From: Phoronis australis
Lineage: Eukaryota > Animalia > Phoronida
Length of the DNA: 64,000 bases
Direction of reading: 5' to 3'
NCBI GenBank assembly: GCA_002633005.1
Contig: NMRA01000154.1
Span: 445,210 to 509,209, forward strand
The notes beneath the pieces were generated by a model, which saw only the letters and a program-made list of their open reading frames with translations, was not told the origin of the DNA and made no database searches. Of this stretch, positions 29,201 to 40,625 are shown in pieces. The position numbers were made by a program, and so were the translations under genes. How positions within the stretch are numbered: position 1 is the first letter of the stretch; every line of letters begins with the position of its first letter.

Positions 29201-32200
29201 TGCTCTTGTTAAGTTTAATTGTTGCCAGACAAGTTTTCAAGTTTACTCTGGAAGGTTTCATTTCTTGTGTTTCTTTCTACAGGTAATGAACATTTCACTG
29301 AGTGTATGGAGCTAATCCAAGCACAAGAGCTCTACTCTCAAGCATTGACTTTGTTCCCAAAGACAAGCGGTCAATACAAGGTAAAAAATGTGGATTTTGT
29401 GATCTGTTTTCTTAAAACTCAGTTGAAGGTGAAACGTTGAACTGGGCCCAGGGACCAATATCCAAATGCGGATTCAATAAAGATTTGAAACTGTGCTGAC
29501 TCGGAAAAACTGGTTTATAACGCCTTAGTCTGTCCTAAGCATACTTGAGAATGACCTACTCACTCCATATCATGGGACTGTTAGATTCTGGCCCCAGACT
29601 GAATACTTTATTTATTTGCTCTTGATCGTCTTTTACCAATTTGAGTGGACTTCCGTTGTCCAGATGTACCCATAACCCTTTGCGTTCCGCAGGAAATTGC
29701 CTGTGCGTACGGAGAGCATTTGCTCAACAAGAAGTTACCTGCGGAGGCAGCTATTGTGTTTAACAAGGCAGAAGATTATCAGCGTGCCCTGGAGGCCTAT
29801 GACAAGTGTCATAACTGGAGGATGGTGTTTGTAATGGCCAGAAAGCTGAACTACTCACCCGATAAAGAGGCAGAACTAGCGCGGCAAATGATAAGTAATA
29901 GACGTGGATAAATCTTAATTTTCTTGCCAATAGCTAATAGTATGTTTGTAACAGTGGCAGACGTTTGTTATGAAGTGTTAGTGAGAGCACCAACATTTCT
30001 TTTGTTTGTGTCAAACTGGTGACAGACTTGAATCATCTACAAAGAGTTCATTCACAAATATTTCCCGACATTTCCTTTTTGTGTGTATCGCTTGAGAGCG
30101 CCATCTCACAGCAGGGTTATCTGTAAAATGTCATTCATTGAAAGTGAACTATAGGTGGCGCTGAACATTTGTCCTACAAAACCTATCGCTTTGTTGAGAC
30201 TTTTTCTAGTTTGCTGCTGTATCAGAAACGGCATTAATCCTTAAGTAAATGATTTTATTCCACTGTGCATGTTTCGACAGCATTCCTTCATTCAAGGTTA
30301 ACTTTTATTCTGATCTCTGTTGTGTTATGTTCATATCACTCAACTGGATACCAAACCCAATGATGCATTGCAAGTTACAGAATGAGGATTACCTGAAATC
30401 ATCAAAACAGGGTTTAGTCCTTTTAAGGTTATTATCGAGAGCTCATTACATTGTCGACAATAAAATTGAGCTTAGTTTTGAAGTGAAGTTTTTGACTCGA
30501 TCGTAAAGAATGAGGAGCTTGTCAAATGAAGCGTGCCTGAGCTTAAACCATTTCTCCCTGCAGATTACTACAAGGAACACCAGCGCCACCTTGAGGCAGC
30601 CTGTATACTGGAGCAGTATTTACAAGTGAGTACAGGATGGTGTACTTTCTGTCACAATTTGTTTATTTATTATTTTTATTCATGACTTGTTCGTCAATGT
30701 ATTATTTTTAATTTACTGCATATCTGGTGTTGCCAAATGTTGCTTTACGACACAAAAGCTTTATTTTTAACCTTCCATACAAGTCAAATGTGTTGACTAT
30801 TCGGACAAAATGGCCTGAAATTTCCCATCAGGGCGGAAGCAGAATTCATTGTCTCATGACTTGAGAATGCCTGGAAATAACAGGAAAGTTTAGTAACCAA
30901 TGTGACTATTAGTAAGTCATTCTATGCTCAGCATTTTGCAACCCGAATAGGTATTACCAGTAATTTTGTTGTTTTAACAAAATTAACTGTCATGATGTGA
31001 CATATGTTGTCTTATTAATCTTGGCTTGCACTGTAATAGTATACAATCATCGGTTTATACTATTTGCTTCATATCTGATTCTCACGTTTTATTGCTGCAG
31101 TCTCTCTTCTCACATCAGTGGTTATACCTGTACCTGCGATGCAAAAATATGTTACTTTGGGTTAGTGGTAAATCGCTGTGATTGCACATTTTCAGGACTA
31201 TGAAGAATCCATATCCACACTGATCAAGGGGAGGCTGTGGGAAGAGGCTCTCAGACTGGTATGTCACTGCTACAGTTTTTCAAAGTATATGTTAGGAGAG
31301 AGGTAAATTTGTCGAGCTTCTGACTGTGTAACTCACCTATAGCTCATCATATATGGGGCCTGTTTAACACTAAGCTCATCGTCTGATGCTTGTCACAATG
31401 TCAGCCACACCTGGTTTTTGCTCCAGGTATTGTACCTGAATATTAAATTTATAGACTTGTATACAAGCTCTGTAAGCTCCTCACTGTTCCCACAACATTT
31501 CTTTCGACAGGGCGTTGTGCCCAGTTGCATGAAACTATCCCAAATAGGGACTCAGCTAAGTTCCCTAAATCTACTGCATATTTGTGGGCTTCTGAAAGCA
31601 CGGATTGTCTTTTCTTGTGCTGTTTGAGTCTCAGTGCTAAGTGAATTTTTGTCTTTGATACAAATCGAAGGTGAATTCTACATTGAATTCTCAATATTAT
31701 TGAAAATAAGTTTGGATCTTTTCATGAAACATCCCTAATTTAAGGACTAAGTTCCTAATTATTTTGATTGCATTAGGAGGTCAATTTTTAGTTTTGAAAC
31801 TGCCATTTAGTTAAAGAGGAGATCATAATAAAGATAAAATGATAGAAAAAGTATATTACATCTGTGAGTAAAGAACAAAATAAATACACAGAAGACTTAG
31901 GGACCTTAGTTTCATGCAACCGGCCACAGGTGATGTACGTCGGTCACTAAAAGTGATGCTTGTCAATATAGCTTACTTTCCAAAGTGGTGGAACATTTTG
32001 AGGTTTGAGTGCGTTATTATTTAAAAGTTGAGTGGCAGTAGATTGTGGCTAAAACCATATTTAACGGCTCTTTAACTAAGCAACGTACACTGCCATCAAT
32101 TACGAAATTTATCGTAGATGTACAAGTATGAGCGCACAGACTTTCTGGAGACAGACTTCTTGCCAGCACTGCATGAATGTTGGGCAAGTGAAGTGGAGGT

Positions 32201-35200
32201 TTTGGACGGGAACAGGGAGACCTTTCTCAAGTATACGGCACGACTGGACATAGTGAGACAAGAAAAAGACAAGGAACGGCTAGAGTTGCTAGGTAACGAC
32301 GCTTATGAAAATAGACTATAGTCACTCCAATAATTTTCAGGAATAGTTGGCAGATATCGTGTATCTTTGTCAAAGTTATCATTCTAATGGAAGAAGAAAA
32401 TGGAGGAAAATAAAGATTATTAGTGTCGTTTGAGAATTCACTGAAATATCGTGCTTCAAAATTTCACAGATTTACGACATGAAGAAATTTTGTAATTTAC
32501 ATAAAGAGAGTTGGCATATGACTAGATACTGACCATACATTGTGTGTATTTCCTCTGTGATATGCTATACAAACATTGTATGTATCTCCTTTGTGAGATG
32601 CATTCTGTACATTCTATGTATCTCTCGTATGAGATATAGTCCATACATTTTATGTATCTCCCCTTTGGATATAGTCCATAGATTATACACTGCATTTGGT
32701 TATGATTGGCACACTGACCGCTATCACAGTTATAGTGTTATGCTGGCATAGTATGTACTTGAAATCTCCTGTCCACAGAAGGTGGCGGGGGTTACAATGA
32801 CGCTGACGCTGACCTTTACTCGGATGCAAGCAGTGCCACAGGGGACAGCGTCATGTCATCACAGTACTCATCACAGAGTCAAAGCTCAAACTATTCACGG
32901 AGTACAGGGTGAGTGTAAACTCCTGGAATAATCTTCGCTTAAGTTTGTACGTTTTAGTCTCTTCCTTCCTCAAAATCTTCAGTTTAGTGCAGCTTACTGT
33001 TGTACAAGGTACATTCCTTTTACTACCAACTTCTAGTCTCCTTGACTAACATTCGCCAGGACCTGACATCTCCAAATCCACACTAGTCGGGGCTAGGAAT
33101 TGTCATGTTAACCATTATTTAGATTCTCTTTGACTAACCCTTACTAGGACCAGACACGTCCAAACGCTGTCCAAGGCTTAATTCGTCACATTGCATAAAT
33201 TCTGATTGCTTGCTGGAAGTGTGCCACGCAGTTAGATAATTTTCCACCCGAGTCTGTAGTAAAGGTTGATGATCCAGGCCCCAGTGTCCTGTGATCTAGG
33301 CCCCAGTGTCCTGTGATCCAGACCCCAGTGTCCTGTGATCCAGACCCCAGTGTCCTGTGATCTAGGCCCCAGTGTCCTGTGATCCAGACCCCAGATTAAG
33401 GCTGCTGTAGACCACGTTCTGGTATCAAAGCAACTTTCTTCATTGGCGCATCTGCTCTTTGAAGGCAACATCGTCGCATTCTTGACTTTTGAATTGAAAT
33501 TGATTACAATAGAATGCCTGGAAATCCCCCGAGAAATATAGTATGCAGTGACGGATACTAAATAAATGTGCCAGCAACTGACACTGACGTGCCAGCGGCT
33601 GATACTAACGTGCCATGACAAGCACCAAAATGATCCTGGCCTGAAGTCATAACAAGCTGTTCTTCTTCAAGAAGCCATATGTAATCTCTTGTTGGGAATA
33701 AAATGAGACAACCTACATAAGCCAACAAGCCAAACGTCTAGTAAACATTGACGAGACATTTTATTGAGCGGGTGATTGCATCTATGTATATTGTTTTTGA
33801 AGACGCTCGTCGAAGAACAGGCGGAAGTTGGAAAAGAAGAAATGGAGTTTGAAGGAAGGTAGCAAACATGAAGACCTGGCTCTGGTTGAAGCTCTGAATA
33901 AAATTATAACAACTACACTGCAATATAAAGGTAAGTGTTCTTTGCTTATTGCTCACATCACTCAGTTGAAGTTTATTGTTGATTGTAAAAGTTGACACAA
34001 CATTGTTTGAAGACTAGCTCAAGTCCATGATGTCTCTCTGGGTTTTTGTGTCATTGAAGACTGGCCAGCTGCATGAATTTCAAAACTTGGTAAAAAAGCC
34101 TAGGTTTGGCGAGGAAGCATTGATTGATCTCGTCTGTAACCAGATTCATTTTGAAGCCTTCACCTCACAGAGCACTTTCCTGACTGTGTAATTTCAGCCA
34201 AGGCTTCAATTTTCTTTCAATAGCCACAGAGAAGCTCAGAACGTCATTTTGAGCTTGTAGGGGGTAACTAGACTGTATAATGTCTTAGAATTTTGCTGGT
34301 AGTTGTAAATCATAGGTGTCATTCACACACTTTAGGCCTTTTGATTTTGACATGTGAGGACAGTGACGGCACTTCTTTGTGAACCCTGCTTTTAGCAACA
34401 CAACTGTCCCAGCTGGACACAGCTTAACAAAGAGTGTATGGTCTGGTCCTGGCTGTGAAGATAATTGTTTTATTATCCCGCGTGGATTCTGGAATAGCTG
34501 AGCCCCACCCCTAAATGGGCAATGTTTAAACACCATGGTTTACCAAATCACATCAGTATCACCCACTGGTCTGCTTCAGATGACATCATGACTCTATGTG
34601 GAATGTTGGCCAGTTTCGACCTGGACACCAAGGCCAGCTCACTTCAGACAAAGCTAGAAGAGATTAGCCATCTTTTTGAAGTACACATACCTAACATCTG
34701 GAATGAGTCTCTGACTGATGGCTCATCACTGCAGCCAGTAAGTTGTCTTCTACTTTGAGCATGTCCTGCACAGTTCTAGCTTTGTTGTGTAATGGAAACT
34801 TGCATTATGTTAAAGCTATATTGATTTTCCAGAGTCATAAACTTTGGGGTAGAGTCAGGTGGAGATTTCATAAACTCGCTGATGATATTTCCATTGTACA
34901 CAAACACAGTACATGTCACCAACATCATTCTCAGCAAAAGATTTTAGGTCATATCCACTTTTATCATAAAGCATCATCATTGAATATTACTGTACACCGA
35001 CAATTGTGTAATTTTAAAACGCTCACGCATTCGTTTAGCATCGAGTGACTGTCATATTTTGTAAAAATTTTCATTGTTGCTTACTTTAAGAATTCGACTG
35101 CCATGCCTTATTTAGTTTGTTATTAGAAATTCACTGTGCATCAATGCTTTCTGACTACCGTCAATTTATGTTAAAACAACTTTTATTGTAACAGTGCAGT

Positions 35201-36551
35201 TGTGTGTGCATTTTAATCCTTTGCATTACTCTTTGTACTTTTTGACAAGGTGTTGTCTCTTTCAGTTTTTGATTTTTGTCAATTAAAAATTACAGCTCTG
35301 CAAATTTTCATGAATCTTGACACACAGGTATATGGATGGAATGGCCGGCACCAATCAGTTTTTTTAATGTGTTGTTTTGTACATTAGATTACGTGAGACA
35401 GCTTGTCCATGTGTTATCTTGCTCCGTCAGGTGACCGGTCCAGAATCCACAACTAACAGTATAGTACAGGCTATGCAAAAAGGTGCTCGACCAAATCAAC
35501 GACAGGAGCCCCAGCTAGGTGAGTGTTCTATTGCGTTTTTTGTCCCCTTTAGAGGGAGGGGGGGTGGAAAAAAGCATATGGTTTGAAGGCTCCTGAAGTG
35601 TCCCTTACTTAGAATGAGTGTGTACAAACAACATTTTTATGTACTAATCTTTTTTTTAACATTTGCCTATCAAGCTTGTTAAGTCACTTGAATTTCCAAA
35701 TAAGTCAATGCAGTCGGGAACTTAACTGTATTTTCGTCATGCTTTGAAGCCGACTGCTGGCTGAGGGCTGGAAGGAGGCTTGGTAATTATGGGTTGGGGA
35801 ACAGTGGGAGGCCATTGTGACGTAGCGTCTGTTTGTAATAATGAAAAGTGACTTAAGGCAGAAATTTTACCTTCACAATTTCTGAATTAAGGTCATAGTC
35901 TATTAATAATTTATATAAATGGTCTCATTAACTACTTGATATGAGTGTATCCGCAGAGTCTGCACTTATGCTAAAACGCGGTTTGGTGATTTTTTTAAAA
36001 ATAGTTGACGTGTACGAGCCTATGTCCATTTTTTTTCTTGACCACTTTTCACGAAACATTTCTGTGTGCTTTCTTGATTCAATCAAGCAGTCATTTTCAA
36101 TTAAATCAGTTCTTGGCCACTGTAAGATTAAAAACCAAACGATCGCTGCACAAATGAAGAAGTTCATGATAAATCAACGTTTGGTCTATTCCTTAAACAT
36201 CATCAGGATATAGGACAACAAGTGCCTACATACATCTCAGGTGACATCCATGAAGTGAAGTGAGAAATACAGAGTAGTCAGTAGCTGGTCATCACCATAG
36301 TTGCAGGGTCATTGAGCTCTGTATGTTGTTCAAAGAATCAGTAGCATTTTCAATTGCAAGATTTATTAGTGTATGATTACCTTGGGATGGTTTTTACTTA
36401 GGGAATTATTTCTTACAGAGCAGTGTGTTGTTAAAAACATTTCGATTATTTTGTATTTTAACTTCATTGTTTTCATTTTCTTTTAGATGCTGCTCTACGT
36501 ATTCCCCCTTCAATACCGAAGAGTTCCAATTGGAAGTTGACTATTTTATGA
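5201..36551 (+). CDS. ELP1: Elongator complex protein 1 (IKBKAP/Elp1), complete 31-coding-exon gene, ~1328 aa
   Basis: Hand-spliced GT-AG exons with consistent phase: 5201-5350, 6251-6388, 11089-11170, 12475-12555, 13387-13472, 14303-14493, 15068-15194, 15874-15967, 16668-16892, 18082-18255, 19198-19297, 19802-19969, 20684-20793, 21388-21485, 22052-22208, 22808-22997, 23165-23323, 23941-24075, 25018-25103, 25936-26078, 27874-27997, 29283-29380, 29693-29894, 30564-30625, 31196-31258, 32118-32292, 32779-32908, 33803-33930, 34580-34737, 35431-35518, 36487-36551 (sum 3987 nt). Hallmark Elp1 motifs: MRNL start, [136 protein letters not shown]. Confidence 0.97.
6574..10898. mobile_element. 4.3-kb non-autonomous DNA transposon (Tc1/mariner-pogo type) in ELP1 intron 2
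   Basis: Perfect 25-bp TIR CGGTAAAGTCGCGTGATTTTCGGAC (6574-6598 / 10874-10898), flanked by TA on both sides (6572-73, 10899-900). Subterminal GTCCGAA repeats at both ends. CpG-richer than the host intron. No recognisable transposase ORF. Confidence 0.9.
8768..9032. mobile_element. Degenerate pogo/Tigger-type MITE nested in the 4.3-kb element
   Basis: Inverted ends CCGTAAATTTCCGTATATAA ... TTATATACGGAAATCGCTGG(TA); the 14-bp core ATTTCCGTATATAA is exact. Confidence 0.55.
13175..13255 (+). mobile_element. tRNA-derived SINE head (degenerate tRNA-like Pol III promoter)
   Basis: A-box GTGGCTCAGTG, B-box GTTCGAGTCCC, tRNA-like spacing; acceptor stem imperfect. Confidence 0.6.
15223..15300 (+). 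mobile_element. tRNA-derived SINE head
   Basis: A-box GTGGCCTAGTTTG, B-box GGTTCGAGTCCC; no intact cloverleaf. Confidence 0.55.
15686..15731. repeat. Perfect 23-bp tandem duplication TTGCTCTTCATATCTGAGAGGTT
   Basis: Two adjacent identical copies. Confidence 0.9.
16925..17340. repeat. Degenerate ~32-bp minisatellite (ATGTCTCTAGATGGATGTGTCTTTAGATGTGA-like, 16-bp subunit)
   Basis: About a dozen degenerate copies directly after ELP1 exon 9. Confidence 0.8.
20840..21240 (-). mobile_element. Penelope-like retroelement 3' remnant (C-terminal half of GIY-YIG endonuclease plus pLTR) in ELP1 intron 13
   Basis: ORF 21228-20884, RMSQHR..SAIFSHL...[24 protein letters not shown]....PSLNKRGG....LSHIWD, is the characteristic PLE GIY-YIG C-terminus. 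Confidence 0.85.
23500..23705. repeat. Degenerate ~30-bp minisatellite (GTGCGTGTCAGGTGAAGCATGATTCACAAA-like)
   Basis: About 7 tandem copies in ELP1 intron 17. Confidence 0.75.
28180..29200 (+). mobile_element. HINE/pearl-like composite repeat (hairpin, GTCC-like microsatellite relic, ~130-160-bp degenerate tandem units) in ELP1 intron 21
   Basis: Hairpin TGCGCCCACA/TGTGGGTGCA at 28211-28236, then ctgtctaggtgtccggcatcc, then periodic units (TATCTCC...GGAT...AAATTTGGCA...GTGCCMYCTRGTGG). Boundaries approximate. Confidence 0.55.
29450..29595. mobile_element. Possible PIF/Harbinger-type MITE
   Basis: Degenerate inverted ends GGGACCAATATCCAA / TTAGATTCTGGCCCC. Confidence 0.3.
31516..31928. mobile_element. 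PIF/Harbinger-type MITE in ELP1 intron 25
   Basis: TIR TGTGCCCAGTTGCATGAAACTA vs reverse complement TGTGGCCGGTTGCATGAAACTA (20/22); internal TAAG(T)TCCCTAA subterminal motifs. Confidence 0.75.
32534..32680. repeat. Degenerate ~36-bp tandem repeat (CATACATT.T.TGTATCTC...GAGAT..)
   Basis: About 4 copies in ELP1 intron 26. Confidence 0.55.
33271..33394. repeat. 22-bp minisatellite CCCCAGTGTCCTGTGATCYAGR, 5+ copies
   Basis: Near-perfect head-to-tail copies with no spacers. Confidence 0.95.
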
Positions 36552-36620
36552 CCACAATTTTGATCAGTTCAATGTCAGTGTCTTTGTGTATCTCATGGTC
36601 TTGTTCATTAATTATTTTGT

Positions 36621-36626
36621 AATAAA
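36621..36626 (+). terminator. Putative ELP1 polyadenylation signal AATAAA
   Basis: AATAAA 70 nt after the TGA, followed by a GT/T-rich tract (gttgtttgttttgtttt). Confidence 0.65.
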
Positions 36627-39600
36627 ATGTATCTTATGAAGCTGTTGTTTGTTTTGTTTTGGTTTCACTCATCAAATGCATAGCTTTACACTATTACAGG
36701 CACACCATGTTGGCTTGTTCATGCCATGGATCGTTTTAGAAAAACGTCGCTGTGAGTCAATCGAACTTCATGGGGTCAAATCTATGGGCCAATTTTAGGA
36801 CCTATGGATCACTTAAGTCGAATGTCTGCCACCCTTTTACGATTGGATTTTGAGAGGTGGCATTACAAATAGTGTGAGTCCACTGCTTGCTCTTGAATCA
36901 ATTTTGGATGGTCACGTTCTAGCCTAAAATATTTAATGTTGCGCAAATTTTCAAAGTCGGTTGAATTTGGCATTTTAGGCTTCAGTTGGAGGGTGAAACT
37001 AGTCCGCATAGTAGCCGAATGTATGAGCTAGCTCATTATTGTGAGGACGTCTTTGGCAGAAGGGACACTTTCTAAATGCAATTTGTCTGCCATGAGTCAT
37101 TCGGTGTTCAGGGAGGCAATAATGTTCGTTTTGAATTAGTTTTAAAAGACCGGTACCTCGAATATATGATCTAGCTCAAATTGTCAGTGGCATACCGTGG
37201 TAAAGATTTTTGGGTGTTTCTGGCAGGCACAATCCAGAGTATATTTTTTGCGTTATGGGCCATTTATAAGTGGTCAGCAGCGTGCATTGAATGTTATGAA
37301 ACTGGTTTCTGTGGTAGCCTACCTCCAATATATGAGCTAGCTCATTTTGGGGGTCCCTTTTTGAGTTTCTGGCGAATCTTTTATAGAGTGCGGGTTGTCT
37401 ATCATAGGGCATCCGATGTTCAGTGCGACAAGATTGTTTTAGAACATTTTGACCGGTACCAAGAATATCTAATCTGGCTCATTTTTTGGCCAAGGGTCAC
37501 GACCAGAGTTCAGGCAACGGCAACCATTCATTTCTGTGCGTTCTGAACTCTGGTGCTCTTACCTCGTGATACACGGGGATCTCAGATCATGGTTAGTGGA
37601 GCCTCACGTAGGTAAATAAAGTAGACATATAGCGGGAAAAGGATAGTCTAGTCGAAAAATGGTCTTCGGTGCACCCCCTTATATCAATTTTTAAGTTGAT
37701 GTTTTGTTAAAGAAAATGTGTGTGGAAAAGGAAAACTGATGTCAACAAGACCAAAAAATGTTCCACGTATGCTTTTTATGCAAAATAGCGCCGCCGTTTT
37801 GCGTTATTTTGCAAACATTACATTAGGACCACGTGTAAGTACTAAGCTACATTATACAAGTCACGGCGGGTACAAAACGCTCAACACATGGAACAGATTG
37901 AAATAATTCTTAGCGCACGAAAATCCGCTATTTTTTATCCAAATTCAGGACATTTATGTTGATAGCATAATTGAAAACATATGCAGTCCATGTACATTTT
38001 AGGTTCAATACGTGAAACGATGTTTCTCAGCTTTTACGGAGAGAAACACTGTTTTTAAGACAAATTCACATGATGAAACACCAAAAATGTAAACCAGTCT
38101 TTGGAGTAAAGACACACTTTGGTTACAAACTAACACCGAAATATATATATGGGCTGTTGGCATGCATGTCCATCAGGACATGGAGAATTGGAAGACATTC
38201 CAAATTAAGGAAGTTATCGAGGCAGATGAAAAAATACCTTTAAAGGAAGGCGTCGGTGGTCGAGCCAAACAACCGTCTCTACCAATATGCGCTTTTCATT
38301 TAGATTCTATAATGAACATCGCAATTGTATGACCTTAAGCAGTATCAGGGGAACAGCAAGTGAAAAACTACAGCAGCTTCATGAAATTCGGCAAAAACAT
38401 CTCAGCCATATGATTCTCCAAATCATACTGTCCGTTTGTAATCGGATACTTTCAGTTCTCCCAAGTGTAATCATGGAAAGTGTTATCAACTTTTCACTGC
38501 TTAGGAGACAGTGAAGGACTTGAGACACCAAGCATCCAACCACACCATTCGCTTCCTAAGCTGTTAACAAGCACACTGTACTCATTTTCCTACCTGAGTA
38601 CATTTTCTGCAACAAAACTAAAACCAAGGATAGCATCCGTACAAGCGAATGTGCTATATGTTTCCGGTCGTGTGAGAACAAACCACCACAGAGGAGTTAA
38701 TTGGATCCCGCCAGACATTTCCTGCATCCATGATGTCTTGAATCATTCCAAACTCTGTTTATGTTTTAGCTCAGGGGTGTAAGAGCTCATGGAATACACG
38801 TTACTGAACATGCAAGAATGTCTGCTGCCCATGAAAATGCATTGCTGTGCGTCAACGATCTTATTAAAACAAACATCGTCCAACAGAACGAGATTACCAA
38901 CATCTCGCGTGCTTTATGCTGAGGAATTCAAACGGAACAGGCCATGGCTTAGAATTCCAGGCACCGTTCTGAGATACTATTGAATTAGAAACGGGCCCAT
39001 TGCAGAATTACGCCAACTTTGCAATAGTTGGTAGAGGCGACACTGTCTCATTATGACTGGTTCTTACATCTAATATCACGGTTTCTTCTGCACAAGCATA
39101 CATTTGTATTGTCTAGGAAGTACATTGGACAAGATCTACGTCACGTCACCTCGTACAGAAAATGGAAATTAGTAAAGCATGTACTTTTTTGTGTGACCAT
39201 CAGATATTTGTTCTGAACTCAGCGAAGCAAGCAGTTTAGATATTACACAAACTAGGATTCAGAGGGTTATGAATTTGGCTTAGGAGTTAGCACAGAAACG
39301 CCGTCGTCAGAACCCTAAGACTGATATCTCTGTGATTCTGCTAGTGTACCATGCCCATGCTTTAAAATTGGCAGTAAATCTAGATACTGGATCTGGAAAA
39401 AATCCGATGGGCGACTACTGAATCTGTACAACTTAAAGTTGATAAAGCCCTTGGCAAAACTACTGTGAAGCTCTACTTAGGTTCTGTGTATACATGTATA
39501 CTCTGGAGGAGGTTGCCCCAGTGCGTTTAAAGGTAAAGGAAAGATGGCGCACCTAGAAAGGAATCTGAAGTTTTGCAATGCATTCAGGTAACTTGGCGTT

Positions 39601-40625
39601 GTTCGAGGTGCGAGTTCTCAATTTCTGAAAAAGTCGGAGGAGCTCACATATGCTCCATGTTCTGCCAGAGCTGTGAGACCTCAGTATATGGTACTCGTTC
39701 CACGATGTTGCACAAAATGGTTGGTGAATATGAAGTTCTCACACAAGTTCAAGGTAAGCTTTGCTCGATTTCCTCTGTGCCCGTCTGCACTAAAACCACT
39801 CGTCCGCTGTGTCGCTTTGTACAAGCGAGCTGGTGAACGCGTACCTGAACAGACAAAGCCTTATGACGAAAGACAACTAAAGGGTGAATGCGGAGTGATG
39901 AAGGAGTGTTAGAACTGGTATGGTCATGTAGTTCTATCTTACCAAACTCACTGATTGACCTCCTGCTCACCGCTGATTGTCAAGCGGACGGGGAGGAATT
40001 AAAGTGGCTATTACTTTGTGAAAGTTTCACGGAAAGCCCTGGAAGTGACATGGAACTTGTGAACAGTGGCACAAACTCCGTATATTTAGTGTTTGTATTG
40101 GCTTATGTTGACTTTCACTGTAGTGTCGATTGTAAATAATCGTATAATGCAAATCAGTTACAATAGATTATTTAGATTTTGGTTCTATGAAGTTTGTAAT
40201 TCTTGGCACTCAAAATATCGATCTAGTCCCTTTATTGTTCAATTACATGAAACAAAACGCGAGACATCGTCAAATAACGCACGTGAGACACCTTCTCGGC
40301 TTATTGAACAACTTCTTTTTCGCTCATATTTTTCTTCACAAAAATGCAACTTAGAAGTTGATCTCCGGGAGGGGGCATTTTTCGACTGGACTAGAGGAGG
40401 CGTGCAAGTGGGATGACTGATTAAATAGCTTAAAGTTATCTGCAATGATTTATTTCTGTTCTTATTGAAATTTCTTTAACTATATATGTTACTCGTGAAT
40501 ATCTAGGTGATTAGAAAATTGCAAATTTTGTTCCCAGTCAGGTAAGCGGTTAATTTTGAAATGTGAAGCATATGCCCTAGGTACTAGACAGGTTTCCGTA
40601 CAGCAAACGAGACTTTTGTTCGAGA

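Noticed and set aside
33271-33394. Regular short repeats (also 46170-46800 and 63420-63762) as a CRISPR array
   Set aside because: Head-to-tail units with no unique spacers, no cas genes, eukaryotic intronic or intergenic context.
33232-33621. 129-aa minus-strand ORF with repeated LGPRSQDTG
   Set aside because: Translation of the 22-bp minisatellite.
5201-36551. Minor (U12) or non-canonical introns in ELP1
   Set aside because: All 30 introns are GT-AG and none has the GTATCCTT U12 donor.
39573-40445. Cluster of overlapping 70-107-aa ORFs
   Set aside because: No motifs or coherent splice structure; 40126-40450 has weak inverted ends suggestive of a decayed MITE.
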